A stretch of 50,756 nucleotides of DNA from NCBI GenBank assembly GCA_049682755.1, contig JBAUIH010000125.1, positions 1 through 50,756 on the forward strand, given 5' to 3'. The position numbers and the translations under genes are program-made. Numbering within the stretch: the first letter of the stretch is position 1; the number at the start of each line of letters is the position of its first letter. Shown one piece after another: positions 18,915 through 27,059 of the stretch. Under the pieces are notes generated by a model. It made no database searches. It was not told the DNA's origin and worked only from the letters and a program-made list of their open reading frames with translations. This DNA comes from Candidatus Aminicenantales bacterium. Its GTDB lineage: Bacteria > Acidobacteriota > Aminicenantia > Aminicenantales > UBA8522.

Positions 18915-20045
18915 CTAATGAATGACGTTCTTGAGCTTATCGATCAGGCTCCGGTCGGCCGTGTTCAAGTCCTCGCCGCGAAGCTCGGCCAGACGCCGGA
19001 GCAAAGCCTTCGCCTCCTGATCCAGGTTCTCGGGAGTTTTCACCCGGACCTTGATGTAAAGGTCACCATGACGACCGGTCTGGAGATCTTTGATGCCCCG
19101 GCCTTTCTGCCGGAAAACCGCGCCGGTCTGGGTGCCCGCCGGCATTTTGAGCGCTGCGGTCTTACCATCCAGGCCGGGCACCTCGACAGCCGCTCCCAAA
19201 GCGGCTTGCGAGTAGGAGATATCGACCTGGCAAAAGAGGTTGTTGTCCTCTCTCTCGAAAAGGGCATGTTTGGCCACCCGGATCAACACAAAGAGGTCCC
19301 CCGGAGCGGCGGCGGAGTTTCCGGCCTCGCCCTGGCCTTCGACACGCAGCCTGGAACCGTCCTCGATCCCGGCAGGAATCTTGACGGTCAGCATGCGTTT
19401 CCGCTTGACGTGTCCGGAGCCTTTGCATTCCGGACATGGGGAGGTGACAATTTCGCCCGCACCGTGGCAGTGCGAGCAGGTCCGGGCGATCGTAAAAAAC
19501 CCCTGCTGGTAGCGCATCTGTCCACGGCCGCTGCAGGTCGGACAGGCGGCCTTTTTTGTCCCCGCCTCCATTCCCGACCCGTGGCACGCCGGACAGTGCT
19601 CTGCCCGGCTGAGAGTGATCTCCTTTTCGACCCCGGCGGCCGCCTCCTCCAGGCTGATGGCCAGATCCAAGGCGAGGTCCCTTCCTCGCTGCGGATAAGA
19701 CCTCCGGCGTCCCGTCCGGGCCCCAAACAGGTCTCCGAATCCGAACAGGCTCCCCAGAATATCTTCGAAATCCCCGAAGATGGAAGCGTCAAAACCGGAG
19801 AAACCCGTGAATCCCTCTCCCCTGAGGCCGTCCCATCCGTAGCGGTCATAGGTGGACCGTTTCGCCGGATCGCCCAGGACGCTATACGCCTCTGCCGCCT
19901 CCTTGAATTTCTCCTCGAGTTCACTATTGCCGGGATTGCGGTCGGGATGATATTTCAGGGCCAGCAGGCGGTAGGCTCGCTTGATGTCTTCCGCGGACGC
20001 GCCGCGACCGACTCCCAGCACCTCGTAATAATCTCTCTTCATCAT
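18915..20045 (-). CDS. dnaJ: Molecular chaperone DnaJ (type I)
   Basis: J-domain with HPD (KYHPDRNP), G/F region, four CxxCxGxG zinc-finger repeats ([32 protein letters not shown]), and C-terminal substrate-binding domains. Confidence 0.97.
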   Translation of the reverse strand: MMKRDYYEVLGVGRGASAEDIKRAYRLLALKYHPDRNPGNSELEEKFKEAAEAYSVLGDPAKRSTYDRYGWDGLRGEGFTGFSGFDASIFGDFEDILGSLFGFGDLFGARTGRRRSYPQRGRDLALDLAISLEEAAAGVEKEITLSRAEHCPACHGSGMEAGTKKAACPTCSGRGQMRYQQGFFTIARTCSHCHGAGEIVTSPCPECKGSGHVKRKRMLTVKIPAGIEDGSRLRVEGQGEAGNSAAAPGDLFVLIRVAKHALFEREDNNLFCQVDISYSQAALGAAVEVPGLDGKTAALKMPAGTQTGAVFRQKGRGIKDLQTGRHGDLYIKVRVKTPENLDQEAKALLRRLAELRGEDLNTADRSLIDKLKNVIH

Positions 20046-20060
20046 CTCTAATCGAAGGTC

Positions 20061-21620
20061 CTAGGACGGCGCTTGGTTTCTCTGGATGATCGCATCAAGC
20101 TCGCTCTTGCTGAGTCCGGCCGTCGGACGGACCCGGACCTCCTGGTTCATTCCGGTCACAACGTCCTGGGCCGAGACCTTCAAAATGCCGTCGGCGTCGA
20201 TCTCGAAAGTGACGTCGATCTGAGGGATGCCGGCCGGGGCGGGCTGAATTCCGACGAGGTCGAAGCGGGCCAGGGACTTGTTCTTCGATGCCTGGAGGTA
20301 TTCCCCTTGAAGGACATGGACGGTCACCCGAACCTGGTTGTCCTCGACCGTCGTGAAGGGCATCGTCTTCCGGGTCGGAATGGTGGTGTTCCGCTCAATG
20401 ATCCTTTGAAAGGTGTCCTCCTCGGTCTCGATGCCCAGCGAGAACGGAGTGACATCGAGGAGCAGGATGAGATCTTTCGTTTCTCCCTTCAGGATGGCCG
20501 ATTGAACGGCCGCTCCCAAAGCCACGATCTCGTCGGGATTGATGCCCTCGCGAACCGGCCGGCGGAAGAAATCGGCGATCGTCTTGCGGACAATCGGCAT
20601 CCGCGTCTGTCCCCCCACCAAGAGGACATCCTGGATTTGCTCCGGCTCCAGTTTCGCGTCGGCCAGGGCTTGCTCGATCAGCGGGATCGTCCTTTTGACC
20701 AAATCCCCGGTCAGCTCCTCGAGCCGTCGCCGGGTCAGTTTCTTGTTGATATGTCTGGACCCGGCGCCGGTCGCGCTAATGAAGGGCAGGTTGATATCGC
20801 TTTCCAAGGTGAAAGAGAGATCCCGTTTGGCCCGTTCCGACGCTTCCTTGATCCGCTGAAGAGCCAGCTTGTCCTCGGCTAGGTCGATGCTGTGCTCCTT
20901 CCTGAATTCATCGATCACCCATTCGACAATACGATTATCGAAATCCTCTCCCCCGAGATAAGAATCGCCGTTCGTGGCCAAGACATGAAAAACGCCGTCC
21001 TGAATCTCCAGGATGGTGATGTCGAACGTGCCCCCTCCCAAGTCAAAGACGGCGACGTTCCCGCTGGCTTGAGTATCGAGACCGTAGGCCAAACTGGCCG
21101 CCGTCGGCTCATTGATGACCCGGAGGACCTCCAGGCCGGCGATCTTGGCCGCATCCTTGGTGGCCTGCCGCTGATGATCATTGAAATGGGCCGGAACGGT
21201 GATGACCGCCTCGCTGACGGGTTCTCCGAAAAAGGATTCGGTGCATTGCCTGAGATAGGCCAGAATCATGCTCGATATCTCTTGCGGGGTGATCTCCAGG
21301 GAATCGATGAGCACGATCACGTCGCCGTTTCGGGCGGCGCCGAGCCGGTAAGGCATTTTCATCCGGGCGGCCACCGCCTCGGGTGAATCCGCCTTTCTGC
21401 CGATGAGCCGCTTGACGGCGAAGACGGTTTTTTCCGGGTTGGTGATGGCCTGGCGCAGAGCCAGGTTGCCGACCAGGCGCTCTCCCGAAGTCGTGAAACT
21501 GACGACAGAGGGGGTGGTCATCTGACCTTCCAGGTTCGGGATGACAACAGGCTTATCGCCCTCCAGATAGGCGACACAGGAGAAGGTCGTCCCCAGGTCG
21601 ATGCCGATGACTTTGCTCAT
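20061..21620 (-). CDS. dnaK: Hsp70 chaperone DnaK, unusually short (519 aa; alpha-helical lid and C-terminal tail absent)
   Basis: GIDLGTTFSCVA, DLGGGTFDITIL, INEPTAASLAYG, linker LLLDVTPFSLGIET, beta-SBD ...IDADGILKVSAQD. It ends ...AGLSKSELDAIIQRNQAPS*. ATGA overlap with grpE, and the stop is 15 nt before the dnaJ ATG. Confidence 0.9.
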   Translation of the reverse strand: MSKVIGIDLGTTFSCVAYLEGDKPVVIPNLEGQMTTPSVVSFTTSGERLVGNLALRQAITNPEKTVFAVKRLIGRKADSPEAVAARMKMPYRLGAARNGDVIVLIDSLEITPQEISSMILAYLRQCTESFFGEPVSEAVITVPAHFNDHQRQATKDAAKIAGLEVLRVINEPTAASLAYGLDTQASGNVAVFDLGGGTFDITILEIQDGVFHVLATNGDSYLGGEDFDNRIVEWVIDEFRKEHSIDLAEDKLALQRIKEASERAKRDLSFTLESDINLPFISATGAGSRHINKKLTRRRLEELTGDLVKRTIPLIEQALADAKLEPEQIQDVLLVGGQTRMPIVRKTIADFFRRPVREGINPDEIVALGAAVQSAILKGETKDLILLLDVTPFSLGIETEEDTFQRIIERNTTIPTRKTMPFTTVEDNQVRVTVHVLQGEYLQASKNKSLARFDLVGIQPAPAGIPQIDVTFEIDADGILKVSAQDVVTGMNQEVRVRPTAGLSKSELDAIIQRNQAPS

Positions 21621-22294
21621 CGCCCTTCTTCTTTCTTCTTGGGAATCAAGACTTTCACCATGGCCGGTCGGAGCAGTCTGTCTTGAAGCCAGAAACCGCG
21701 TTGTAGCACCTCAGCCACCTCCGGCTCGTCTACCGTTTCCGACTCCTCCGTAAGGACGGCCTGGTGGATCGCGGGATTGAACGTCCGGTCGCCGGCTTCG
21801 ATCGGTCGAACGCCTTGTTTTTTCAGCAGGTCCAGGTACTGGCGGTAGATCATTTCGACGCCTCCCTGAAAGCTCTTGCCGTCCATCTGCTCCTGAATTT
21901 TCAGCGCTCTCTCGAAATTGTCCAGGACGATGAGGAGCTCCCGGAGAAACTCGCTCAGAGCATACTGCTGGTATTCCATCCGATCGCGGTCGAAGCGCTT
22001 GCGGAGGTTTTCCATCTCGGCCAGCGTGCGCAGATACTTGTCCCTGAGATCATCCCGCTCTTTGCGGAGCGATTTGATCTCTGCATCTTTTTTGCTCAGC
22101 TTGATCTTGAGTCTCTTGTCCTCGGCCCCGGGCGGCTTGAGGCCGGCCTTTTCCCGGTTGGGGGGACCGCTCGTCTCTTGCTCGACGGGTTCGTATTCGA
22201 CTTCGTCGCCGGGCTCTTCCAGCCCTTCCATCTCCGCCGGAAGCGGGCTGTCTTCCCGGTCTTTTTTTTTCTCTCCAAAATCGTCTTCGGGCAT
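21617..22294 (-). CDS. grpE: Nucleotide exchange factor GrpE
   Basis: 225 aa. Acidic N-terminal extension, coiled coil (LRDKYLRTLAEMENLRKR), and C-terminal beta-domain (FNPAIHQAV...RGFWLQDRLLRPAMVKV). Confidence 0.95.
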   Translation of the reverse strand: MPEDDFGEKKKDREDSPLPAEMEGLEEPGDEVEYEPVEQETSGPPNREKAGLKPPGAEDKRLKIKLSKKDAEIKSLRKERDDLRDKYLRTLAEMENLRKRFDRDRMEYQQYALSEFLRELLIVLDNFERALKIQEQMDGKSFQGGVEMIYRQYLDLLKKQGVRPIEAGDRTFNPAIHQAVLTEESETVDEPEVAEVLQRGFWLQDRLLRPAMVKVLIPKKKEEGR

Positions 22295-22305
22295 GGCGGA
22301 CCTCG

Positions 22306-23352
22306 TTATTGGTTTCGGCTGACGGTCTGGCTGAGCTTTTGGGCCACCCGGTCGACCAGCGGGATAATCTTCCGGTAAGGAATCCTCTTCGGCCCGATGA
22401 TCCCGAGCGTTCCCAGGACCTGGTTATTATAACCGTAGTGGGAGAGGACGAGGGCACAATCGGAGATGTCGGGAATGTTGGATTCCGAGCCGATCAGGAC
22501 CTTGACGCGATCCAGACTGATGAAATCGGAGAGCAGCTTGGTTAGCTTGACCTTCTCCTCGAGATTCTGGAAAAGTGCTTTCAAACGGTCCATGTTGAAG
22601 AAGTCGGCTTTTTCGAGAAGCCGGGACGTCCCCTGGAGGTAGATCTGGCTCTCGGTCTCTTCCTGAGCGATATAATCCCGCAATAGAGCCGTCAGCTTAT
22701 TCAGCTCGTTTTCATAGGTCAGCTTGTAGCGGGGCAGCTCCTTGAACAGATAATCGCGGACGGTCGTCAGGTTCCTACCCCGGAAGTGCTGGTTGATGTA
22801 CTGTGAGGCCTTGTCCAGCTCAAGCTGAGTGAAATAATGACGGCATTCGACGATCTCGGTCAGGACGAGGTTGAAAGTGGTCATCAAGATGAGCATGATT
22901 TTTTCTTCGGAGACCTTGATCAGCCGAAGGTGCTGGAAGTGCATCTGGGAGATGCGGGGGGAGATCACGAACCCCAGGTTGTCGGACTGATCGGCCAGAT
23001 GCTTGGTGATCCGGGTGAGGAAGGAAGCGAAATCCCCCTTCTCCAGGTCAAGCTGCGGGGATTCAAGAAGTAGAGGCCGGTCGGCAAAGAGCGTCTCATC
23101 AAAAAGGCTGTTGACATAGAACCTCAATCCCTTGTCGGTCGGGATGCGGCCGGCTGAAGTATGGGGCTGGGTGAGGTAGCCGAATTCTTCGAGCTTGACC
23201 ATGATGTTGCGGATGGTCGCCGGGGAATCCGAAAGGACCCTCTTTTGAACGACCGCGCCGGAACTCACCGCCTGGCCGGACTTCAGATAGCTCTCGACGA
23301 TAATATTCAGAGCGATCCTGTCTTTTTCTCGGAGGATCAGATTACGGGACAT
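22306..23352 (-). CDS. hrcA: Heat-inducible transcription repressor HrcA
   Basis: 348 aa. N-terminal winged helix (PATIRNIMVKLEEFGYLTQPHTSAGRIPT) and position at the head of grpE-dnaK-dnaJ. Confidence 0.9.
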   Translation of the reverse strand: MSRNLILREKDRIALNIIVESYLKSGQAVSSGAVVQKRVLSDSPATIRNIMVKLEEFGYLTQPHTSAGRIPTDKGLRFYVNSLFDETLFADRPLLLESPQLDLEKGDFASFLTRITKHLADQSDNLGFVISPRISQMHFQHLRLIKVSEEKIMLILMTTFNLVLTEIVECRHYFTQLELDKASQYINQHFRGRNLTTVRDYLFKELPRYKLTYENELNKLTALLRDYIAQEETESQIYLQGTSRLLEKADFFNMDRLKALFQNLEEKVKLTKLLSDFISLDRVKVLIGSESNIPDISDCALVLSHYGYNNQVLGTLGIIGPKRIPYRKIIPLVDRVAQKLSQTVSRNQ

Positions 23353-23397
23353 CAGACCTTAAGGATTTTTTATAGCATGATGGGGACAAAAATTCAA

Positions 23398-24204
23398 TCA
23401 GACGATCCGGAGCCCGGCATAGCCGACCACCTGAGCGTAATCACCGGAGGTCTCTCCCGAGGTCATATAGCGGACCAGGTCGGCCCGGCTGGCGCCGAGC
23501 TCTCTTGCGGCCAGGATGGCCGCCGCTGTCGGCTGGAAACCGCACATGCTGATTCCTTCACTCTGGACCACTTCATAAAGGCCCCGCCCGTCCAGAGCCT
23601 GGATCCGCTCGATGGCCAGAAAGTCTTTTTCCCTGGCCGTCTCTTGACTGACATAGTGGCTCATGTCCGTGGAGGCCACTATAAGGACGTCCTGCCCGGC
23701 CTGACGGACAGCGGCGGCCAAAGCGTTTCCCATCTCCTCCAGGGCTTCGTAATCCGCTGCCGGGGAGACAGAGAGAGGGACGATCGAAAACCCAGTCGTC
23801 AAATACTGGAGAAACGGCAACTGGACCTCGAGAGAATGCTCCTCCTCGTGGGCCCCTTCTTCTGCTTTGATCAGGGAGGAACCCCGGAGGAGCGCCGCGG
23901 CGAGCGCCTCATCAACCGGCACCTTGCCCAGGGGCGTTTCCCAGACTCCCCCCTCCATGATCCCGAAAAGGGACCGCTGACCGCGATGACTCGGTCCGAG
24001 GAGCACGAAACGCCGAGGGAGCACAACCGAGGAATAGACGGCGCCGGCGACATAGCCCGAATAGATCAATCCGGCATGCGGCGAGACGACCGCCCGGGCC
24101 TTTTCTTTTTTCGCTTGCGGATCCACCATCCCGCTGAGAAGCGAGCGCAGCTCGGCGGCTGTCCGGGGATAAAAATATCCGGCCACAGCGGGTTTTCTGA
24201 TCAT
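23398..24204 (-). CDS. amrB: AmmeMemoRadiSam system protein B (Memo-like)
   Basis: 268 aa. N-terminus RKPAVAGYFYP, VVSPHAGLIYSG, and later His/Asp-containing blocks typical of Memo/AmrB. Family call is from memory. Confidence 0.8.
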   Translation of the reverse strand: MIRKPAVAGYFYPRTAAELRSLLSGMVDPQAKKEKARAVVSPHAGLIYSGYVAGAVYSSVVLPRRFVLLGPSHRGQRSLFGIMEGGVWETPLGKVPVDEALAAALLRGSSLIKAEEGAHEEEHSLEVQLPFLQYLTTGFSIVPLSVSPAADYEALEEMGNALAAAVRQAGQDVLIVASTDMSHYVSQETAREKDFLAIERIQALDGRGLYEVVQSEGISMCGFQPTAAAILAARELGASRADLVRYMTSGETSGDYAQVVGYAGLRIV

Positions 24205-24292
24205 GCCTGCCTCCTCTCCGGCCCCCCGGCCGGTTGCCCGGATAGCGGCCCGGACAGCGCGATCTCCAAGCGCGAGCGGGCGGAGCGAAAAT

Positions 24293-25612
24293 CTAGATCG
24301 TTTCCCTTTTTTCCTTGAAGGCGATGTTGAGGATCTTCAGCTCTGCCAGGATCGGCTCGTAGATCCCAGGATTGACCGGGATGTGCACGCCGGTCTCCCT
24401 GATCTTTCCTTCGAGGATGAGCCTGGTGCCTATGGCGGCAGGGAGGCCGACCGTCCGGGACATTGAGGAATCACCGTCGGGGATGCCGTAGTCGATCAGC
24501 GTGGAGATGATTCGTTTCTGGCCGTCCCCGGGATAAGAAGCGATGAATTCGTGCTGGAGAACGATCATGTCCCTCTCGCCGGGCGCATAGGCGAGCTTGT
24601 CCGTCATTCGGGCGCTGATGACATCCAAAGCCGCGCCTTTCTGAAGCGGCAGGGGCTCATCGCTGAACAAGCCCAGCCACTCCAGCCGGCGGAGGACGGC
24701 CAATCCTGAGGGTATTCCGAGGCGCTCGGATACCTCTTGCTTGAGGTCCTTGGCCTGCGTGTTCATGAGCGTCCGCAAAAATCCGGCAAAAGTCAGCCCC
24801 GACCAATCTTTTTCGTCCTGGTCCAGGACGCCGAGCCGGACCATCGTCCGCACGGTCTCGCACCAGCCGAGGTAGCGCAGGGTTCCCCGGAGCATCGTCT
24901 TGGTCTCGGGCACCCCATAGAGATCGATATAAGGAAGAGAGTTCCGGTTGGGGTATCCTTCAAAGACTCCGAGGCCCTCGATGGTGCGGAGCCCGTAGCT
25001 TTCGAAGAGTTTCTCCGCCGGAATGAAAACCTCCTGCCCGTCCTGAAGATACTGGGCGGAGTTCTTGCCGGCCAAAAGCACACCGGTGGGGCTCCACGAG
25101 AACTTATAGCCGAAGGGATTGGTGTTGGCCTCAGCGGCGGGCAGACCGCCGCAAAAAGAGATAAAACTGAGGAGCTCGCCGCCCTTGTCGTGAATCTCGT
25201 GGATCACCCGCATCGCCTCCATGTGGTCGATGCCGGGATCGAGTCCCAGTTCGTTGAGGATGATGACACCCGCCTTCCGGGCGTCCTGATCGAGCATCTT
25301 CATGGCGTCGCTGACATAGGAAGTGGTGACCATCTGTTTTTTGAATCCGATGCAGAACTCGGCCACCTTGGGATGGAAAGCATAAGGGACCATGCTGATG
25401 ACCAGGTCGGCCGCGGCGATTTCGTTCTTGAGCGCTTCCTCGTTCTTCAGGTTGAGCTCCTTGGCGACGCCGCGGGGGTGTCCCTCGATGAGCTTCACTG
25501 CTTTACTCACCGTCCTGCTGGCCACCTCGACCTGGAACTCGGGCTGATCGAGAAGATACCTGACCAGAGGTCTGGCAACGAGTCCCGCGCCCAAAATCAA
25601 CACTTTTTTCAT
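24293..25612 (-). CDS. Saccharopine dehydrogenase/reductase (L-glutamate-forming type; homolog of the C-terminal SDH half of eukaryotic AASS)
   Basis: 439 aa. MKKVLILGAGLVARPLVRYLL Rossmann start, LGLDPGIDHM, CGGLPAAEANTNPFGYKFSWSPTGVL, GYPNRNSL, LRGTLRYLGW. All are collinear with the SDH domain of human AASS as I remember it. Confidence 0.85.
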   Translation of the reverse strand: MKKVLILGAGLVARPLVRYLLDQPEFQVEVASRTVSKAVKLIEGHPRGVAKELNLKNEEALKNEIAAADLVISMVPYAFHPKVAEFCIGFKKQMVTTSYVSDAMKMLDQDARKAGVIILNELGLDPGIDHMEAMRVIHEIHDKGGELLSFISFCGGLPAAEANTNPFGYKFSWSPTGVLLAGKNSAQYLQDGQEVFIPAEKLFESYGLRTIEGLGVFEGYPNRNSLPYIDLYGVPETKTMLRGTLRYLGWCETVRTMVRLGVLDQDEKDWSGLTFAGFLRTLMNTQAKDLKQEVSERLGIPSGLAVLRRLEWLGLFSDEPLPLQKGAALDVISARMTDKLAYAPGERDMIVLQHEFIASYPGDGQKRIISTLIDYGIPDGDSSMSRTVGLPAAIGTRLILEGKIRETGVHIPVNPGIYEPILAELKILNIAFKEKRETI

Positions 25613-26949
25613 GGCTGACTCCTTTCTGAGGGGGAGATGAATTGGCGCATGTATGTGTATTCCGGGGTGAATTCTCCCCGGAAAAGGATGACCGCCTTTT
25701 TCAGGGGATCCGGCAGCCGGCAGTGGGCAAAATCAGCCCGGAAATCCGCGGCAACGAGGCCCGGGATAAAGGGCATCAGCGTCTGGCTGAAAAAGACGGA
25801 CGATTCGAGGGCGATCTCGGCCGGCAGGTTATCCACGGCCATTACCGTCGGACCCCGTCCCGCAAATCCGGTGATGGCCTCGTCCTTGTCCAGGTCATAG
25901 GTGAAAACGGGATGAGCGGGGTCGGTGCACCGGACGGTGCACTCCACGCTCCCGTCGACGTCGCAGGAAATATCCCCGATGATCCGGAGGCGCGGCCGGC
26001 CGGCCTCCCTCCACATCATTTTCAAACGGTCCTTGGTCACAAAGCGCGGATATTGCGGGGCCCAGTAGATGGCGTTGATGAGGACAGTCAGGTATGGAAG
26101 GTAGCGGTCCAACACCGGCCGGTAGTCCCGAGGATTCCGGTAATAGTCCTGGAGGTCGAAACCTGGTCGGCCATGCTTGGGCACGACCATGTCTTCTTCC
26201 TTGAAGACGGTCTTATACACTCTCTTCCCGGAATAGTCCTTATTCTTGAACAGCGCTTCGACCTCGCCCGGCGCCAGCGTCTCAAAGGGAAGCAGGTCGA
26301 AGATCTCCTGCGCTCCCTGGGAAACGTGGCCGTATCCGGCGAACCCAAAAACGAGCGGGACGAGGGAAGAATCGAGGCCCTGATTGTGGATCGCCCAACC
26401 GGTTTTTTGGATGGCCTCCTTGGCCTCAACCAGGCTGATGTAATCGATGGTCTGGCGGATGTCGACAAAAGGATTTTTGATCCCCTCCTGGCGGAGGCGC
26501 TGCCCCAGGGCCCAGAGGGTGTCGATCATCCCCGCCTGGCCGGCCTGTCGGCCGAAGAAGACCAACCGAAAGCCCTTTTCGTCGACGATCCGCTCATAAT
26601 CAATCAGGGTGGCACGGCTCTCCATCATCCGTTTCAGCATGGGCATGTTGTGAGGTTGTCCCTTGATCGTATGGGAGAAAAACAGATAGACCGTCTCGTT
26701 GCGGAAGAAATCCGGCGGGATTTCTTTGACCGCCAGCACGATGGAGCAGGAAGAGAGGTCTTCGAAGATTGTCACTCCCTCCCGTCGGTAGTCCTCGTCG
26801 GCGAAGACGCGAATCGGAGACGGTTGAATCCGGATCTCCAGAGGAAGTTCCCTCATCAGCTCACGGGCATGAACGGGGATCAAGGGGACGCGGCGTTCCC
26901 AGGGATTCTTGTCTTCGCGACGGATGCCGAGGGATATTTTGGGGCTCAA
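25609..26949 (-). CDS. Lysine-ketoglutarate reductase-like (saccharopine dehydrogenase, L-lysine-forming; homolog of the N-terminal LKR half of AASS)
   Basis: 446 aa. GIRREDKNPWERRVPL, FFSHTIKGQPHNMPML, LIDYERIVDEKG, FGRQAGQAGMID, GYGHVSQGAQEIF, INAIYW, GDISCDVDGS, VDNLPAE. Only a TTG start (26947-26949) preserves the conserved N-terminus. The stop overlaps the next ATG (ATGA). Confidence 0.85.
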   Translation of the reverse strand: MSPKISLGIRREDKNPWERRVPLIPVHARELMRELPLEIRIQPSPIRVFADEDYRREGVTIFEDLSSCSIVLAVKEIPPDFFRNETVYLFFSHTIKGQPHNMPMLKRMMESRATLIDYERIVDEKGFRLVFFGRQAGQAGMIDTLWALGQRLRQEGIKNPFVDIRQTIDYISLVEAKEAIQKTGWAIHNQGLDSSLVPLVFGFAGYGHVSQGAQEIFDLLPFETLAPGEVEALFKNKDYSGKRVYKTVFKEEDMVVPKHGRPGFDLQDYYRNPRDYRPVLDRYLPYLTVLINAIYWAPQYPRFVTKDRLKMMWREAGRPRLRIIGDISCDVDGSVECTVRCTDPAHPVFTYDLDKDEAITGFAGRGPTVMAVDNLPAEIALESSVFFSQTLMPFIPGLVAADFRADFAHCRLPDPLKKAVILFRGEFTPEYTYMRQFISPSERSQP

Positions 26950-26972
26950 AAAAGTATCCTTTGGAGACTGGA

Positions 26973-27002
26973 ATTATGGCACAAACGGGCCCCCGCGGTC
27001 AA
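26973..27002 (-). promoter_or_regulatory. Candidate sigma70-type promoter for the LKR/SDH block (TTGACC-18-CATAAT)
   Basis: The minus strand reads TTGACCgcgggggcccgtttgtgcCATAAT, ending about 24 nt upstream of the TTG start, within the divergent intergenic region shared with cysS. Confidence 0.35.
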
Positions 27003-27024
27003 CCTGACCCGGCTGTGAGAAAAG

Positions 27025-27053
27025 TTGACTCCCCGACACGTTCTGACTATTAT
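27025..27053 (+). promoter_or_regulatory. Candidate sigma70-type promoter for cysS (TTGACT-17-TATTAT); predicted +1 coincides with the A of the cysS ATG
   Basis: The plus strand reads TTGACTccccgacacgttctgacTATTATccgggtATG. Both hexamers are 5/6 to consensus, the spacer is 17 nt, and exactly six nt separate the -10 from the ATG. There is no SD. Confidence 0.5.
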
Positions 27054-27059
27054 CCGGGT

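Noticed and set aside
20046-20060. Possibility that the short dnaK is a pseudogene or frameshifted gene whose lid-coding part survives downstream.
   Set aside because: Only 15 nt separate the dnaK stop from the dnaJ ATG. The dnaJ reading frame is intact from its J-domain onward, so no lid-coding remnant can exist here. An assembly error cannot be excluded without reads.
23353-23397. Looked for a CIRCE operator (TTAGCACTC-N9-GAGTGCTAA) upstream of hrcA. Also checked the next upstream spacer, 24205-24292.
   Set aside because: No GCACTC/GAGTGC inverted repeat is present in either spacer. The HrcA operator, if any, must lie elsewhere or be divergent, so no operator feature is reported.
26769-27059. 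N-terminal extensions suggested by the ORF track: cysS from 26769, lipid kinase from 10671, SLT from 12543, pstS from 43740, phoB from 38882, the lipoprotein from 47405, and dsrC from the GTG at 36430.
   Set aside because: The extensions overlap neighbouring genes or promoters, are Arg/Pro/Gly-rich, and lack an SD. Internal ATGs with good SDs or signal peptides align with the N-termini of known homologs.
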